64,000 bases of DNA from Callorhinchus milii (Eukaryota), in NCBI RefSeq assembly GCF_018977255.1, contig NW_024704743.1, positions 108,750,001 to 108,814,000 on the forward strand. The letters run 5' to 3'. Position 1 is the first letter of the stretch. Every line of letters begins with the position of its first letter. Shown here one piece after another: positions 41,206-51,055 of the stretch. The notes beneath the pieces are model-generated. The model saw only the letters and a program-made list of their open reading frames with translations. It ran no database searches and had not been told where the DNA came from. Position numbers and translations under genes: made by a program.

Positions 41206-44200
41206 AATTATCCATTACATTGATGCAGACCCACTGGAGTTAGTTCTGCTGAGCTGAATACCCTCACTACCAGATGTTAAGAACAACCTAGTTGTAGATC
41301 GGCACACATACGTTTTGTACAAAAGCAAGTAATTTGAATCAAGAAGTTCACATATTCCGTTCACATGCATTTAATTGGCAGCTGGTCTGAAACTAGAAGG
41401 ACAAAGTGGTCATTTTTGTTACAGTAGAAGCAAAGTAAACATATTTACACAGTGCAATTTGTTTCTAAACAGCTGTAAATCCTGCAAAACAACCAACATC
41501 TGCTATGTAAATAGAATATTTGTGAAGTTCACATGATTCATCACCCATAGGACATCACCGAAAAGCAGCATCTGTTTTTCATGGGAAAGAAGTAAGAAAT
41601 GCCAAAGTATTCTTTAAAACAGAGAAGTTTTAAAGAAATGAATATTTCTGACGCATACATTAAAGAACAGAAAATATAATTATTAGACAGACAGATTATG
41701 TAAAAGGGGGTGACCTTGACAAAACATAGAATACAGTAGTTATGCTTTTTATGAACTGAACATTGCACTGTATGTCTTTAAACAAACACCAAATGCTTTT
41801 TGATCAGCCAGGTGTCTTGACACATATGGGAACAGTCACCTTAGTTATCCAAACCAGATAGATCCCTACACTTGGAAATTTCCCTGGGGGACACTCTGGT
41901 CTTATCTAATTCGGAGAGTATTAGTTGCAGGTTAGTAAGAATCAAGGCGGGGGACCCTAAAGTGTGTGTTGGGGCACTTCTGGATGTAATCAGATAAATC
42001 CTCATGACTTGTCATTGAGAGCAATGTTTGGCAAGTTTCCTGCTGCTTGTCCAGCTAGAACCACCCTACACAACAGGGCTTTGGCTTGTAGGGTTAAGAG
42101 GAGCTGAATAGGAAGAAAACCTGCGGCAAATCTATCAGTTCAAGTCCCAAGTAAAGTGTTACTTGGAACACTTTACGTGGAAAAAAACCTGCAGCTAATT
42201 TGTTCCAACATTTCATGAAACATGATAGAGATGAGTAACATAATCCCTGTATTTGCAGTAATCAATTAGCCTGAATTATTTAGGGAAATTTGGATGCTAT
42301 GAGCCACGACATCCAGAAGAAACTATGAAACTACAGGTATGTCTCAAGCTGCAATGCTATAACATATAGTAAATACATTTGCATGTGACAGAGACGTGGA
42401 TTGACATCGAACATCTGAAAGTGCCAAAACAAAAGGCAAATGAACAATACTGTGAAATTGCCACGTGTGCAGAGCTCCTGTCACATTATCCTGTCCATCT
42501 GTGAGTAGTAAGAAAAGTGAACTCAAATGAGAAAAAAAAGACAGCAGACATTTCTAAGCCACCTGGAATCTGTTGCATTCCCCCAGGATACCAGAGCATA
42601 AAACAGAAATATAATATTGGTTTGTTTAAGGAATACTGATTTAATTTACATCATGCATCGGTCTAATGGGAGGATGTAAGTTTTTTTAACAGGATGTTGG
42701 TGGACCAATGTGAATCTTGGTTAAATCGAGCTGAAAATGGTAGAAGCTCTAGTTTACTGTTATCATGTGCAAGAAATCCATAACTCACTGCAAAAGGAAT
42801 CTATCGGAGCAATTCAATGGCCCGATTGTTAGTTTCCGTCCTGTAACATTTCACTATGTTAAAGCGCTCTGGGACGCTACCCTGCATGAGGGGCGCTATA
42901 TAAATGCAAGTTGTTATTGTAACATACGATGATTACATTGGATTTCCTGCCCCAGACAAATAGAAGTGGTGTTAGCTGATGGTAAAAGAGAAAATGTGTG
43001 GATATTTTAGATCACAAATTGATTTGGTCGATGTTGGATGATCAGATGTAAAGCACTCAGTGTAGGTGTTCACAGCGTAAATATTGCTCTGTAGTAGCAA
43101 CCTCAAGAGTGTTCATGAAACAGAATAAGTAAGCATAATTAAACTGCTTCAATAGGCTCATATAGATGTAGAAACAGGTCGATACATCTAGAATCACTGT
43201 CATTGTATAAAAGTGCTTGCCAGCTTCATTAAGATGGAGAAGGGCCCAGTATAGCCTTGGGTTATTTTTGTGATGTTACGACAAAAGATGATGGTGAGGC
43301 ACCTGACCAGGCGAGGAAGCACACCAAAGGTGCTGAAGACAACAGGTCCATGATCCAAACCTCAATGCATGTTGCCAAACTACATAGGATTTAACCAGAA
43401 TCTCTCATATGTAAGGTGTTGTACAGAATCTCTGTACAACACCTACAATTCAGAAAGCCAAGACTGACATGGAGGACGTGGCCTCAGAAAGCCAAGACTT
43501 GGCCAAGATTTTTTTACATAGTAATTTGATGAATGTTATTCTTCTCGCCCTCAATTCCTACAATGTAGCCTTTTCACTCCCCTGGTTATATTTCCTGGAA
43601 GTTTCTACTTTATGCACTGCTTTTTATCTGATGTTGGACTTTGGATATTTTGTGGAACATTGCTTTGTGTAAATTGGCTGCCGCGTCCGTCTACTCGTAT
43701 ACAAAGTGCTAACATTAGAAATTAGAAACTGGAAGAAAGGAGAAAAAAGCAAATTTAAAGCTTCAATTTAGAATATATTTTAGTGGTTAACGGGGCAAGA
43801 GCAAACAATGCACAAAACAGGAGGCCAAGAGACATGAATCTTTATTGGCAACCTAAGACTCTATTGATTGGAGGTAACTTAAGCTGTCCCTGTTGAAACA
43901 TTATATTTTCTTCACAAAAATATGAATATGCAAACATTGCACAATTCATAAACACAATACACAAAATACTAATTAGATTCCTAATACATTTTTGAATCAA
44001 GGCAGAACACTAAATACGTTTATAATCCATTTTGGTCCAAACAAGGTGGGCAATACCATTAGTCTCAATCAACTACAAAGATCCATTAAACCTGCCCACA
44101 GTAATAAACGTTTGTCAGAAAGGAACTTGAAATCTTATAATGTATGGGATTTGAAATAGCAAGTTAACTATTTGGGTGCTCACTGGATAAATTTAAACAG

Positions 44201-45792
44201 CAATCGGAGGAAAAACGTATCACTATGTTAAATTCCACACAGGGTTATATTTGACAGCATTGCACAAAATTATGTATCTGTCTCGACACACACAGGTAAC
44301 AGAAATGGTTGATTCAAAAATTTCGCCCACAAATATACAGTCAATTCACTTTACAGCATATGCTGTGAAGTGCTTTGAGACGTCTAGAAGACGTGAAAAA
44401 CCTATATCAAATGCAAGAATTCTTATTATTATTATATTGTCTCTATTAAATATAGCCTTTCAGAACATACAGAATTTGGCAAGTTGTTGAATTCAGTCCT
44501 AAAGTTGAAGCCATTTTACTCTAGTTCTTAAAAGAAATGTACAGGAAACCAGCTTCAAATTGAAGGCTGAATTTAAGAATTTGCCTGATTCTTGAATAAA
44601 TAACAATAATTCTTATCAAATTTGATACAGCATGATTCACATTGAGAGGACATCTCAGGATTTTCTGTAACGTAATGACTTGTATTTTTGCAAGCTGATG
44701 CAACAGCCAGTTTATACACAGCACTGTTCTGCAAAACAATCATCAAGTGAAATGCTACATCAAAGAGCAAATCTAATTCCAGATAGAATTTTTAATAATA
44801 ATAATCCTTGCATTTGGTATAGTGCCTTATCACATCATCGAGACATCTCAAAACACTTCACTGTAAAGTGGTGTGATGGAATTTTGTGGGCGAAATATAG
44901 ATCTACCTAGGAAGAAAAATTAATGTGGCATTGAGCCAGGGACTTAATCAACATTACAACATGGGATTTGGGGAAATGGGAACCACCCATCGCTTCCTGT
45001 AATTATATTACGCCTAGTGGATATGCACTCCTATGTATTATTGGTGGGTGGACCTTCAGCCACTCTGCCCCCACCCTCTGGAACTCCACCCTGCAGTCCC
45101 TACACCTCGCCTCCTCCCTTGCCTCCTTCAAGACCCATCTCAAGACCCTCCTCTTCAACCGTGCCTTCAGTCCTCCTCCAGCCCCACCTGCCCTCTTATT
45201 CCCTGATCCCGACCCCCAGTTTGGGTCTGAAACATTGACTGTCCAGTGCCTTTGGCCATCCTCCCGACGTGAAAGACGCAATTCAAATGTAATTTTGTTG
45301 TTGGGTATAAAACTTTATACCATGGAAACAGATCATTCGGTCCCACTAGTCAGTGTCAGTGTTTACATTCCACTGCTCCTTATCCTCTTTCCCACAACTT
45401 TCTGCCTCATTCACCTCATTCACACCCTTGCAGTCTCCCTCATGTATGTACACAACATATCCTTTCACATGCATGATCTAGGGCACATAGAAATCCAGCT
45501 ATCCCACAGTAATTCTATGATTGCCTCCTCAGTGATGAATAATTATATGGTTAAAACAAGGTCCCATCTCCCTTCTTTGGTGCACGTCAATGATCCCACC
45601 ATTTGAAAAGAGAAAGTTATCCAAACTTTTAGAATTGATTTATGTAACCAGTCAGCCTGGCTGAGTTGATAGCATTTTTGATGGATAAAAAGGCACAAAT
45701 TATAACCTTTAGTAAACCCTGCAATGAGAAGCTTGGCAGACTGTGTTATCTGATCTTAGAAACGTGCAGCTCAACTTCATGGAACCAGTTAC

Positions 45793-45988
45793 GACTGATT
45801 CCATGAAGGAAGTAAGCCCGAATCAATAGATGTATGCGCAGACTGGTTCCATGAAGGAAATAAGCCCGAATCAACAGATCTATGCGCAGACTGGTTCCAT
45901 GAAGGAAATAAGCCCGAATCAACAGATCTATGCGCAGACTGGTTCCATGAAGGAAATAAGCCCGAATCAACAGATCTATGCGCAGACT
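45793..45988 (+). repeat. Four tandem 48-bp repeats in LTR U3 (also 51170-51365)
   Basis: Unit GACTGGTTCCATGAAGGAAATAAGCCCGAATCAACAGATCTATGCGCA starts at 45793, 45841, 45889 and 45937. Confidence 0.95.
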
Positions 45989-46077
45989 AACTGCAGCCTT
46001 GGAGTATGAGACAATGGATAGTGCCCAATATACATCCTATGTCTCGACCACATTGTCACCTATGACCAAATCTAACG

Positions 46078-46113
46078 ATTGGAGGAGAAGGATCCTCCCC
46101 ATACTTGTATAAA
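46078..46113 (+). promoter_or_regulatory. LTR promoter: inverted CCAAT (ATTGG) and TATA box
   Basis: ATTGG at 46078-46082 and TATAAA at 46108-46113, about 100 nt upstream of AATAAA, a typical U3/R layout. Confidence 0.75.
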
Positions 46114-46319
46114 TGCCATTGTTGAATCCCACAACGGGGTCGTCAGCTTGGTGAAGCTACGACCCTAACTCTGTACCAGACTGAACTGACTGGTCCTGAG
46201 TTAGTTGAATAAATGTACTCTTAGTGATTGAACTGTGTGACTGTGTTTATTGCTTGAATGAACTAACATCCAATTGCAGAAGTATACAAAGAAGGTAGAA
46301 ACGGAAAATTATCCAACAT

Positions 46320-46337
46320 TGGGGGCTCGTCCGGGAT
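46320..46337 (+). promoter_or_regulatory. Primer-binding site, tRNA-Pro
   Basis: TGGGGGCTCGTCCGGGAT directly after the 5' LTR, the 18-nt Pro PBS known from MLV-type retroviruses. Confidence 0.95.
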
Positions 46338-46358
46338 CTCAATATCTTACGCCTTCGG

Positions 46359-46460
46359 GTGAGTATAGTCAGGTCCGGAGGAATCGGACACCAGGGATCG
46401 AAGAGGATCTAGAGGCTGGTACGTAGAGGTCGAGACTGACTCACCTAGGAAAGGGTAAGT
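46359..46460 (+). promoter_or_regulatory. Candidate leader splice donors for env mRNA
   Basis: G|GTGAGT at 46359 and G|GTAAGT at 46455, between the PBS and the gag ATG. Confidence 0.5.
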
Positions 46461-46487
46461 GACGAGATCATTTTAAATTCTGCAAGA

Positions 46488-48536
46488 ATGGGGTGTGTAG
46501 GCAGTAAAGGGGACTGTCGCAGCAGTTGTTGTAAGAAAGAAACCCGAGAATTAGTGAGTCGAAATGCGAAGGTTATGAATAAGGTAGTAGAAGGAAGTGG
46601 TGATTGGGAAACAATGTGGAAACGTAAATTTGGATTTGATGGGCGATTAAAACCTGAGAGTACACAAGAATTATTGAATAAAATAAAAGAGAAAAGTGGA
46701 GATGATAAGAAAAAACAATTGAAATATCATTATGGGGAAGCACAAGTATGGCATATGAAAGCCACGGAATATCGACGGCTGGGTGAATTGACAGAAACCA
46801 AAACAAAACTATTGGCTTACACAGGGAAGGAGGATTTAGAGACTCCAGCCTCTCAACGCCCGGAAAATGGGCATGGTGCTCCACCAGCGTATGGGTCAGA
46901 ACAGCCCACGGCACCTTTAAACCGAGCATATAATCCGAGGACGCCAAACAATGCTGACCCATATGTCAGATGGCTCCATGATAATTATCAAAACAAATCC
47001 GCACTCCCGAGCTCCCCTTCAAACCCACCTATGCAGGTAAATGTAGGAACAGCAGGGAATTTCCCAATGATACAAGTGGCAGACGGACAGGGGAACACCC
47101 AGTACGTGTATAGGGCATGGGGAATGGAGGATGTTAAGAGGGCAATGATCGCCTGTCCCCATCCCAATCAAGGGGGAACCGAATTTCGAGATTTTATGTA
47201 TCAAACCATGGCAAGTTACAGGCTAAATAGTTTAGAAACCGAGCAGTGCATAAGAGAGGTGTTGCGTCAGGAATGGTGTCAGGTCGGGGGAGATTGGACA
47301 GCATTAGACAATGAGGGAGCACCAAGAATGTATGACCGTCCACCGGTAGCAGCAAACCGCTCCCAGCATGATTATTGGGGACCCTTCGACCAATTAATGG
47401 GGAGAATAGTTACATTTTATAGAGCCAGATGTAACTATTCGGCGATAACGGATTGTATTCAGGGAAAAGACGAAACGTGTATGCAATACTATACGCGATT
47501 GCGCAAGGTGTTTAATTCCAATAGTGGAATCGAACCACCACATCCACATGATGATACTGGAGTTTGGGCACAACAAATTAAGAATGCATTTCTGGCGGGA
47601 ATGGTGCCCCATATTTCAAAATTGGTAAAACAACATCTAATAACATGGAGTACAGGGGCACTCCAGCCAGTATTAGATCATGCCATCCATTTTGAACGAA
47701 TAACAAGGGAAGAGAAGAGGAATAATAGGCATAATGAGGGATTTATATCACAAGAAGTTAATAAACAACCATGGCAGAATAGAAAGAGGAAGCAAAAGAA
47801 CAATAATGGGGGAGAATGTTATGTTTGTGGGAAAATGGGACACTGGGAAAGGGATTGTCCGAACCGGTGGAAGTCCCAAAAGCCCGAAGAAGAAGGAGAG
47901 GAGGAGAGAGGGGAGACTGAACGTATATTGGCGTTAATACAGTCTCCTGGGAGTGCTTGGTTGACATTAAGAGTGAATGGAATTGACATACCGTTTTTAT
48001 GCGATTCAGGAGCATGTAGAACGGTTATTACGATGAGAGACGCAACTTTTCCTTATAAAAAGAGTCAGGAAAAAATTGATATTCGGTCAGCGTCCGGAGA
48101 CTTAGAAACACAATGCGTCACGGAACCTCTTGAATTCTGTTACAAGAATAAAGAGACTGTAGAAGCACAAGTGGTTATATCAATGACATGCCCGGTTAAT
48201 TTACTAGGGAGAGATGTGTTAACTAAACTCAAGTTAGGAGTGATACCTATGGGTGACGACCGATGGGAAGCAGTTAAGGTTACGTACAAAAAAAAGATTG
48301 AAGATACCCTAATTATCCAAGAAAGGGGGGAACCACAATACTATTATGCCCTACAGTTAAAGGAAGGGCCAGGACAATTCCAACAGGAACTGCTTAGATT
48401 GGCACACCAGCGGGTCATGGAACAAAGTGACTTCCACCTGCCTGAGGATCTGCACTGTACCATGTGGTACCGTGAAAAAGGGGAAGTTCGTTGCCATATG
48501 AGAGACATTTCAAATTGGGAAGTTCCACACGATTAA
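46488..48536 (+). CDS. gag-pro: Gag-protease polyprotein continuing into the first half of a 2H-phosphoesterase-like domain (682 aa)
   Basis: MGC N-terminus (myristoylation-type). PPAY and PTAP late motifs (46881-46916). MHR-like QGKDETCMQYYTRL. CCHC knuckle CYVCGKMGHWERDC (47817-47858). Protease FLCDSGA (DSG at 48003) and LLGRD. LHCTM at 48450-48464. Confidence 0.92.
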   Translation: MGCVGSKGDCRSSCCKKETRELVSRNAKVMNKVVEGSGDWETMWKRKFGFDGRLKPESTQELLNKIKEKSGDDKKKQLKYHYGEAQVWHMKATEYRRLGELTETKTKLLAYTGKEDLETPASQRPENGHGAPPAYGSEQPTAPLNRAYNPRTPNNADPYVRWLHDNYQNKSALPSSPSNPPMQVNVGTAGNFPMIQVADGQGNTQYVYRAWGMEDVKRAMIACPHPNQGGTEFRDFMYQTMASYRLNSLETEQCIREVLRQEWCQVGGDWTALDNEGAPRMYDRPPVAANRSQHDYWGPFDQLMGRIVTFYRARCNYSAITDCIQGKDETCMQYYTRLRKVFNSNSGIEPPHPHDDTGVWAQQIKNAFLAGMVPHISKLVKQHLITWSTGALQPVLDHAIHFERITREEKRNNRHNEGFISQEVNKQPWQNRKRKQKNNNGGECYVCGKMGHWERDCPNRWKSQKPEEEGEEERGETERILALIQSPGSAWLTLRVNGIDIPFLCDSGACRTVITMRDATFPYKKSQEKIDIRSASGDLETQCVTEPLEFCYKNKETVEAQVVISMTCPVNLLGRDVLTKLKLGVIPMGDDRWEAVKVTYKKKIEDTLIIQERGEPQYYYALQLKEGPGQFQQELLRLAHQRVMEQSDFHLPEDLHCTMWYREKGEVRCHMRDISNWEVPHD

Positions 48537-48838
48537 CGATTCAATGTATATATTGGAATGCAACTGATATGGGAGGGAAAGTTTTACTCCAACCGTTAGA
48601 TGATCAGCTATACCAGGGAGAAGGGAACCCCCATGTATCAATTGCAAAGAGATGCAAAAAGTCATGGCAACAAGTGGGTAACCTGGTAGATTGTGGGATA
48701 AAAGCACAGGATTGGGAAGAGACTCAGGATGCAGGAATATGGTATTCCCCGAGGACAGGTCTCTACTCACAATGTTTGAATTGGGTGTATCAATGTGAAA
48801 GAGTTAGGAAGATGCACTCAGGGAAGATGGTTCCCTGA
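48330..48838 (+). CDS. 2H-phosphoesterase-like domain between protease and RT, split by a -1 frame change near 48476-48490
   Basis: Two H-x-[T/S]-hydrophobic motifs about 60 codons apart: LHCTM (His at 48453) and PHVSI (His at 48632, in ORF 48491-48838). 2H domains have been described in fish retroviral polyproteins. Confidence 0.72.
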
Positions 48839-50482
48839 CTGTTAGGAGTGGAAATAGAACAGGAGGCGGAGTTGAATGCTCTGCCTGATGCTCTATGGTC
48901 CAAAGGATCAGCTGACGTAGGACTAATAAAAGGGATTGAACCTATTAAAATCATACCAAAAGGAACACACCGCCCATACCAACGGCAGTATCCTATGAAA
49001 CCAGAGGCCATTGAAGGAATTGAACCCATAATTAAGGAACTTAAGGAGAAGGGCATCATAGTGGATTGCCCTGACTCTCCATGTAACACCCCCCTGTTCC
49101 CAGTAAAAAAGGTAGCGCCATCACAAGGGTGGCGATTGGTTCAGGATTTACAGGCTGTAAATAAGGCAGTGATTCCCCGGACCCCAGGTGTACCCGACCC
49201 CAATACCTTGCTGAACAATTTGCGACCTGATACAGCTTGGTTTACAGTATTGAATCCGGCAACCTTGCTGCCGGTACCCTCCGAGGGTAGCCCGCACGAC
49301 TGTTTGGAAGAAACCTCACAGTCAGTGGCGACGCGAGTGGATTTGGCGGATACAAGGTTTGAGAATGCAGAGGTGACATACTTTGTGGACGGTTCATGCA
49401 AAAAGGATACGGGGGGCCGTTCCCAAAGCAGTTACGCTGTATGCACTCAGGACACAGTAATAGAAGCAGCCAGACTCCCAGCAGGATATTCGGCACAAAT
49501 GGCTGAACTTGTGGCGCTTACCCGAGCTTGCGTACTGGGGAAGGGAAAAGTTGTTAATATCTATACAGACTCACAATATGCCCATTCCACTTGCCACATA
49601 TTTGCTGGACAGTGGCGAAATCGGGGTATGGTTACCTCCACAGGGAAACCAATTTCCCATGCTGATTTAATATTGAACCTAATTGATGCATTACAACTCC
49701 CAAAACAATTAGCGATACTTAAGTGTGTTGCCCACACTTCTGCGAAGGACCTGGTGTCAAAGGGAAATGCCTTTGCAGATAAAACTGCCCAGGTAGTGCC
49801 CCTCGCAGAAGTATTCGTGTCACAAACACCACCCTCGATTGACATGGCATTGATTAAAGCAATGCAATCAGAGGCAGGCACCCTTGAGAAGCGAGGATGG
49901 AAAAACATGGGATGCAAACTAAACACATTCGGCATATGGGTTGGAAACACTGGACTGCCAGTTTTACCACGATCATTGTTTCCCATTGCAGCAGGATTGA
50001 GCCATGGCAAATGCCATGTCTCAAAAGGAGGGATGAGGACAATGATAGACCAACATTATACGACATTCGGACTAACCACTTATTTACAAAATTTTTGTCA
50101 ACAATGTATAACATGTTTACGCAATAACCCACAAGGACAACTAAAATGTAAACAAGGCAAGATTCCATTGGATATGCCTCAGCTGGGAGAACGTACAGAA
50201 TTGGAGGAGGCCGGACTTGCAGGATACATGAAAAAAATGTTTCAGAATAAAATGACTATGAGAAACGTATTACCTCCCCAGGAACTGAATGAGAACACCG
50301 AGCCATGCCCACTGCAGCCAGGAGATTGGACACTGATTAAAGACATCAAAAGGAAGCATTGGCATCAACCAAAGTGGACAGGACCATATCAGCTGCTACT
50401 AACCACACCAACAGCAGTACGGATTGCAGAACGAAACACCTGGGTCCACGTTAGCCACTGCAAGAAGACATCACCACTGTAA
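48839..50482 (+). CDS. pol: Internally deleted Pol: RT N-terminus, end of connection, intact-looking RNase H, IN zinc-binding domain, IN C-terminal GPY domain
   Basis: RT fingers motifs [15 protein letters not shown] and WRLVQDL, then WFTV joined directly to LNPATLLP with no YxDD. RNase H motifs FVDGS, SAQMAEL, YTDSQY and GNAFAD. HGKCH...CITC present, no D,D35E core, WTGPY...WVHVSHCK at the end. In frame with the upstream 2H segment across TGA 48836-48838. Confidence 0.92.
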   Translation: MLGVEIEQEAELNALPDALWSKGSADVGLIKGIEPIKIIPKGTHRPYQRQYPMKPEAIEGIEPIIKELKEKGIIVDCPDSPCNTPLFPVKKVAPSQGWRLVQDLQAVNKAVIPRTPGVPDPNTLLNNLRPDTAWFTVLNPATLLPVPSEGSPHDCLEETSQSVATRVDLADTRFENAEVTYFVDGSCKKDTGGRSQSSYAVCTQDTVIEAARLPAGYSAQMAELVALTRACVLGKGKVVNIYTDSQYAHSTCHIFAGQWRNRGMVTSTGKPISHADLILNLIDALQLPKQLAILKCVAHTSAKDLVSKGNAFADKTAQVVPLAEVFVSQTPPSIDMALIKAMQSEAGTLEKRGWKNMGCKLNTFGIWVGNTGLPVLPRSLFPIAAGLSHGKCHVSKGGMRTMIDQHYTTFGLTTYLQNFCQQCITCLRNNPQGQLKCKQGKIPLDMPQLGERTELEEAGLAGYMKKMFQNKMTMRNVLPPQELNENTEPCPLQPGDWTLIKDIKRKHWHQPKWTGPYQLLLTTPTAVRIAERNTWVHVSHCKKTSPL

Positions 50483-50497
50483 GGAGCAACTAGCAAG

Positions 50498-50920
50498 ATG
50501 GCATGGCTACGGATTCTCAGTTTTGGACTATGGTTTGGACTGGTAACAAGTCTGGGGAGGAATACATATCTCTTAGCTGCACATAAGGCAGCAAAGGCGT
50601 CAAATGTGACAGGGTGTTGGGTGTGCACTGAGAATATCACAAATATTGTCCAGCATATGCGAGATCAGGTAAAAAGCTTACAGGAACCAAGTGGAATATC
50701 TAATTGGTGGGCGTCCTTATTTGAAGGATGGAGAGCCTGGGTTCTTAAAGCAGGGGTTGTGTTACTGGTATTATTACTGGGGATTTGTGTCCTTATTCAC
50801 CTTGTTAAAGTGTGCGTCACTAAGTGTGTGGGGGTAACACCATCACTTACGATGGCGGTGGTGTCAGACGATAATCTGTCAGACGATGATGATATGGAGG
50901 ATTACTATTCTGACCCATGA
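50498..50920 (+). CDS. env: Mini-Env (140 aa): signal peptide, N-terminal SU piece ending CWVC, then the C-terminal TM ectodomain, transmembrane helix and acidic tail
   Basis: Hydrophobic leader MAWLRILSFGLWFGLVTSLG, CWVC, W-rich MPER-like NWWASLFEGW and TM AGVVLLVLLLGICVLIHLV. Lies between pol and the PPT. Confidence 0.85.
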   Translation: MAWLRILSFGLWFGLVTSLGRNTYLLAAHKAAKASNVTGCWVCTENITNIVQHMRDQVKSLQEPSGISNWWASLFEGWRAWVLKAGVVLLVLLLGICVLIHLVKVCVTKCVGVTPSLTMAVVSDDNLSDDDDMEDYYSDP

Positions 50921-51043
50921 AAGCAAGGTACGATTGATCCCATCTATGACGATGCATCTTTAAATTGTCACAAGGCAACAAGAGGCATCCGAGAAAATAA
51001 ATTGGGGACTGTACCGGCACATGGCAATGTTAATAAAGATTAT

Positions 51044-51055
51044 AAAAGGAGGGAA
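51044..51055 (+). promoter_or_regulatory. Polypurine tract
   Basis: AAAAGGAGGGAA abutting the TG start of the 3' LTR. Confidence 0.9.

Larger units (their letters stand above)
45679..46318 (+). repeat. 5' LTR (640 bp)
   Basis: Starts TGATGGATAAAAAGG, ends TTATCCAACA. Direct repeat of 51056-51695 with 3 substitutions by eye. ATTGG at 46078, TATAAA at 46108, AATAAA at 46208. Confidence 0.97.

Noticed and set aside
45793..45988. 48-bp tandem repeats as a CRISPR array, or as coding repeats (ORFs 45746-45970, 51120-51386, 51123-51347)
   Set aside because: No spacers, eukaryotic context, and they lie within LTR U3. The ORFs arise because 48 is a multiple of 3, and the plus-strand one is broken by a TAG in the 5' LTR.
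48471..48490. Canonical programmed -1 ribosomal frameshift
   Set aside because: No X XXY YYZ heptamer with Y = A/U in the correct frame. A single-base loss is the simpler explanation.
46573..50640. Antisense ORFs inside the provirus as accessory genes
   Set aside because: Short, no recognisable motifs, and expected as shadows of the sense coding frames.
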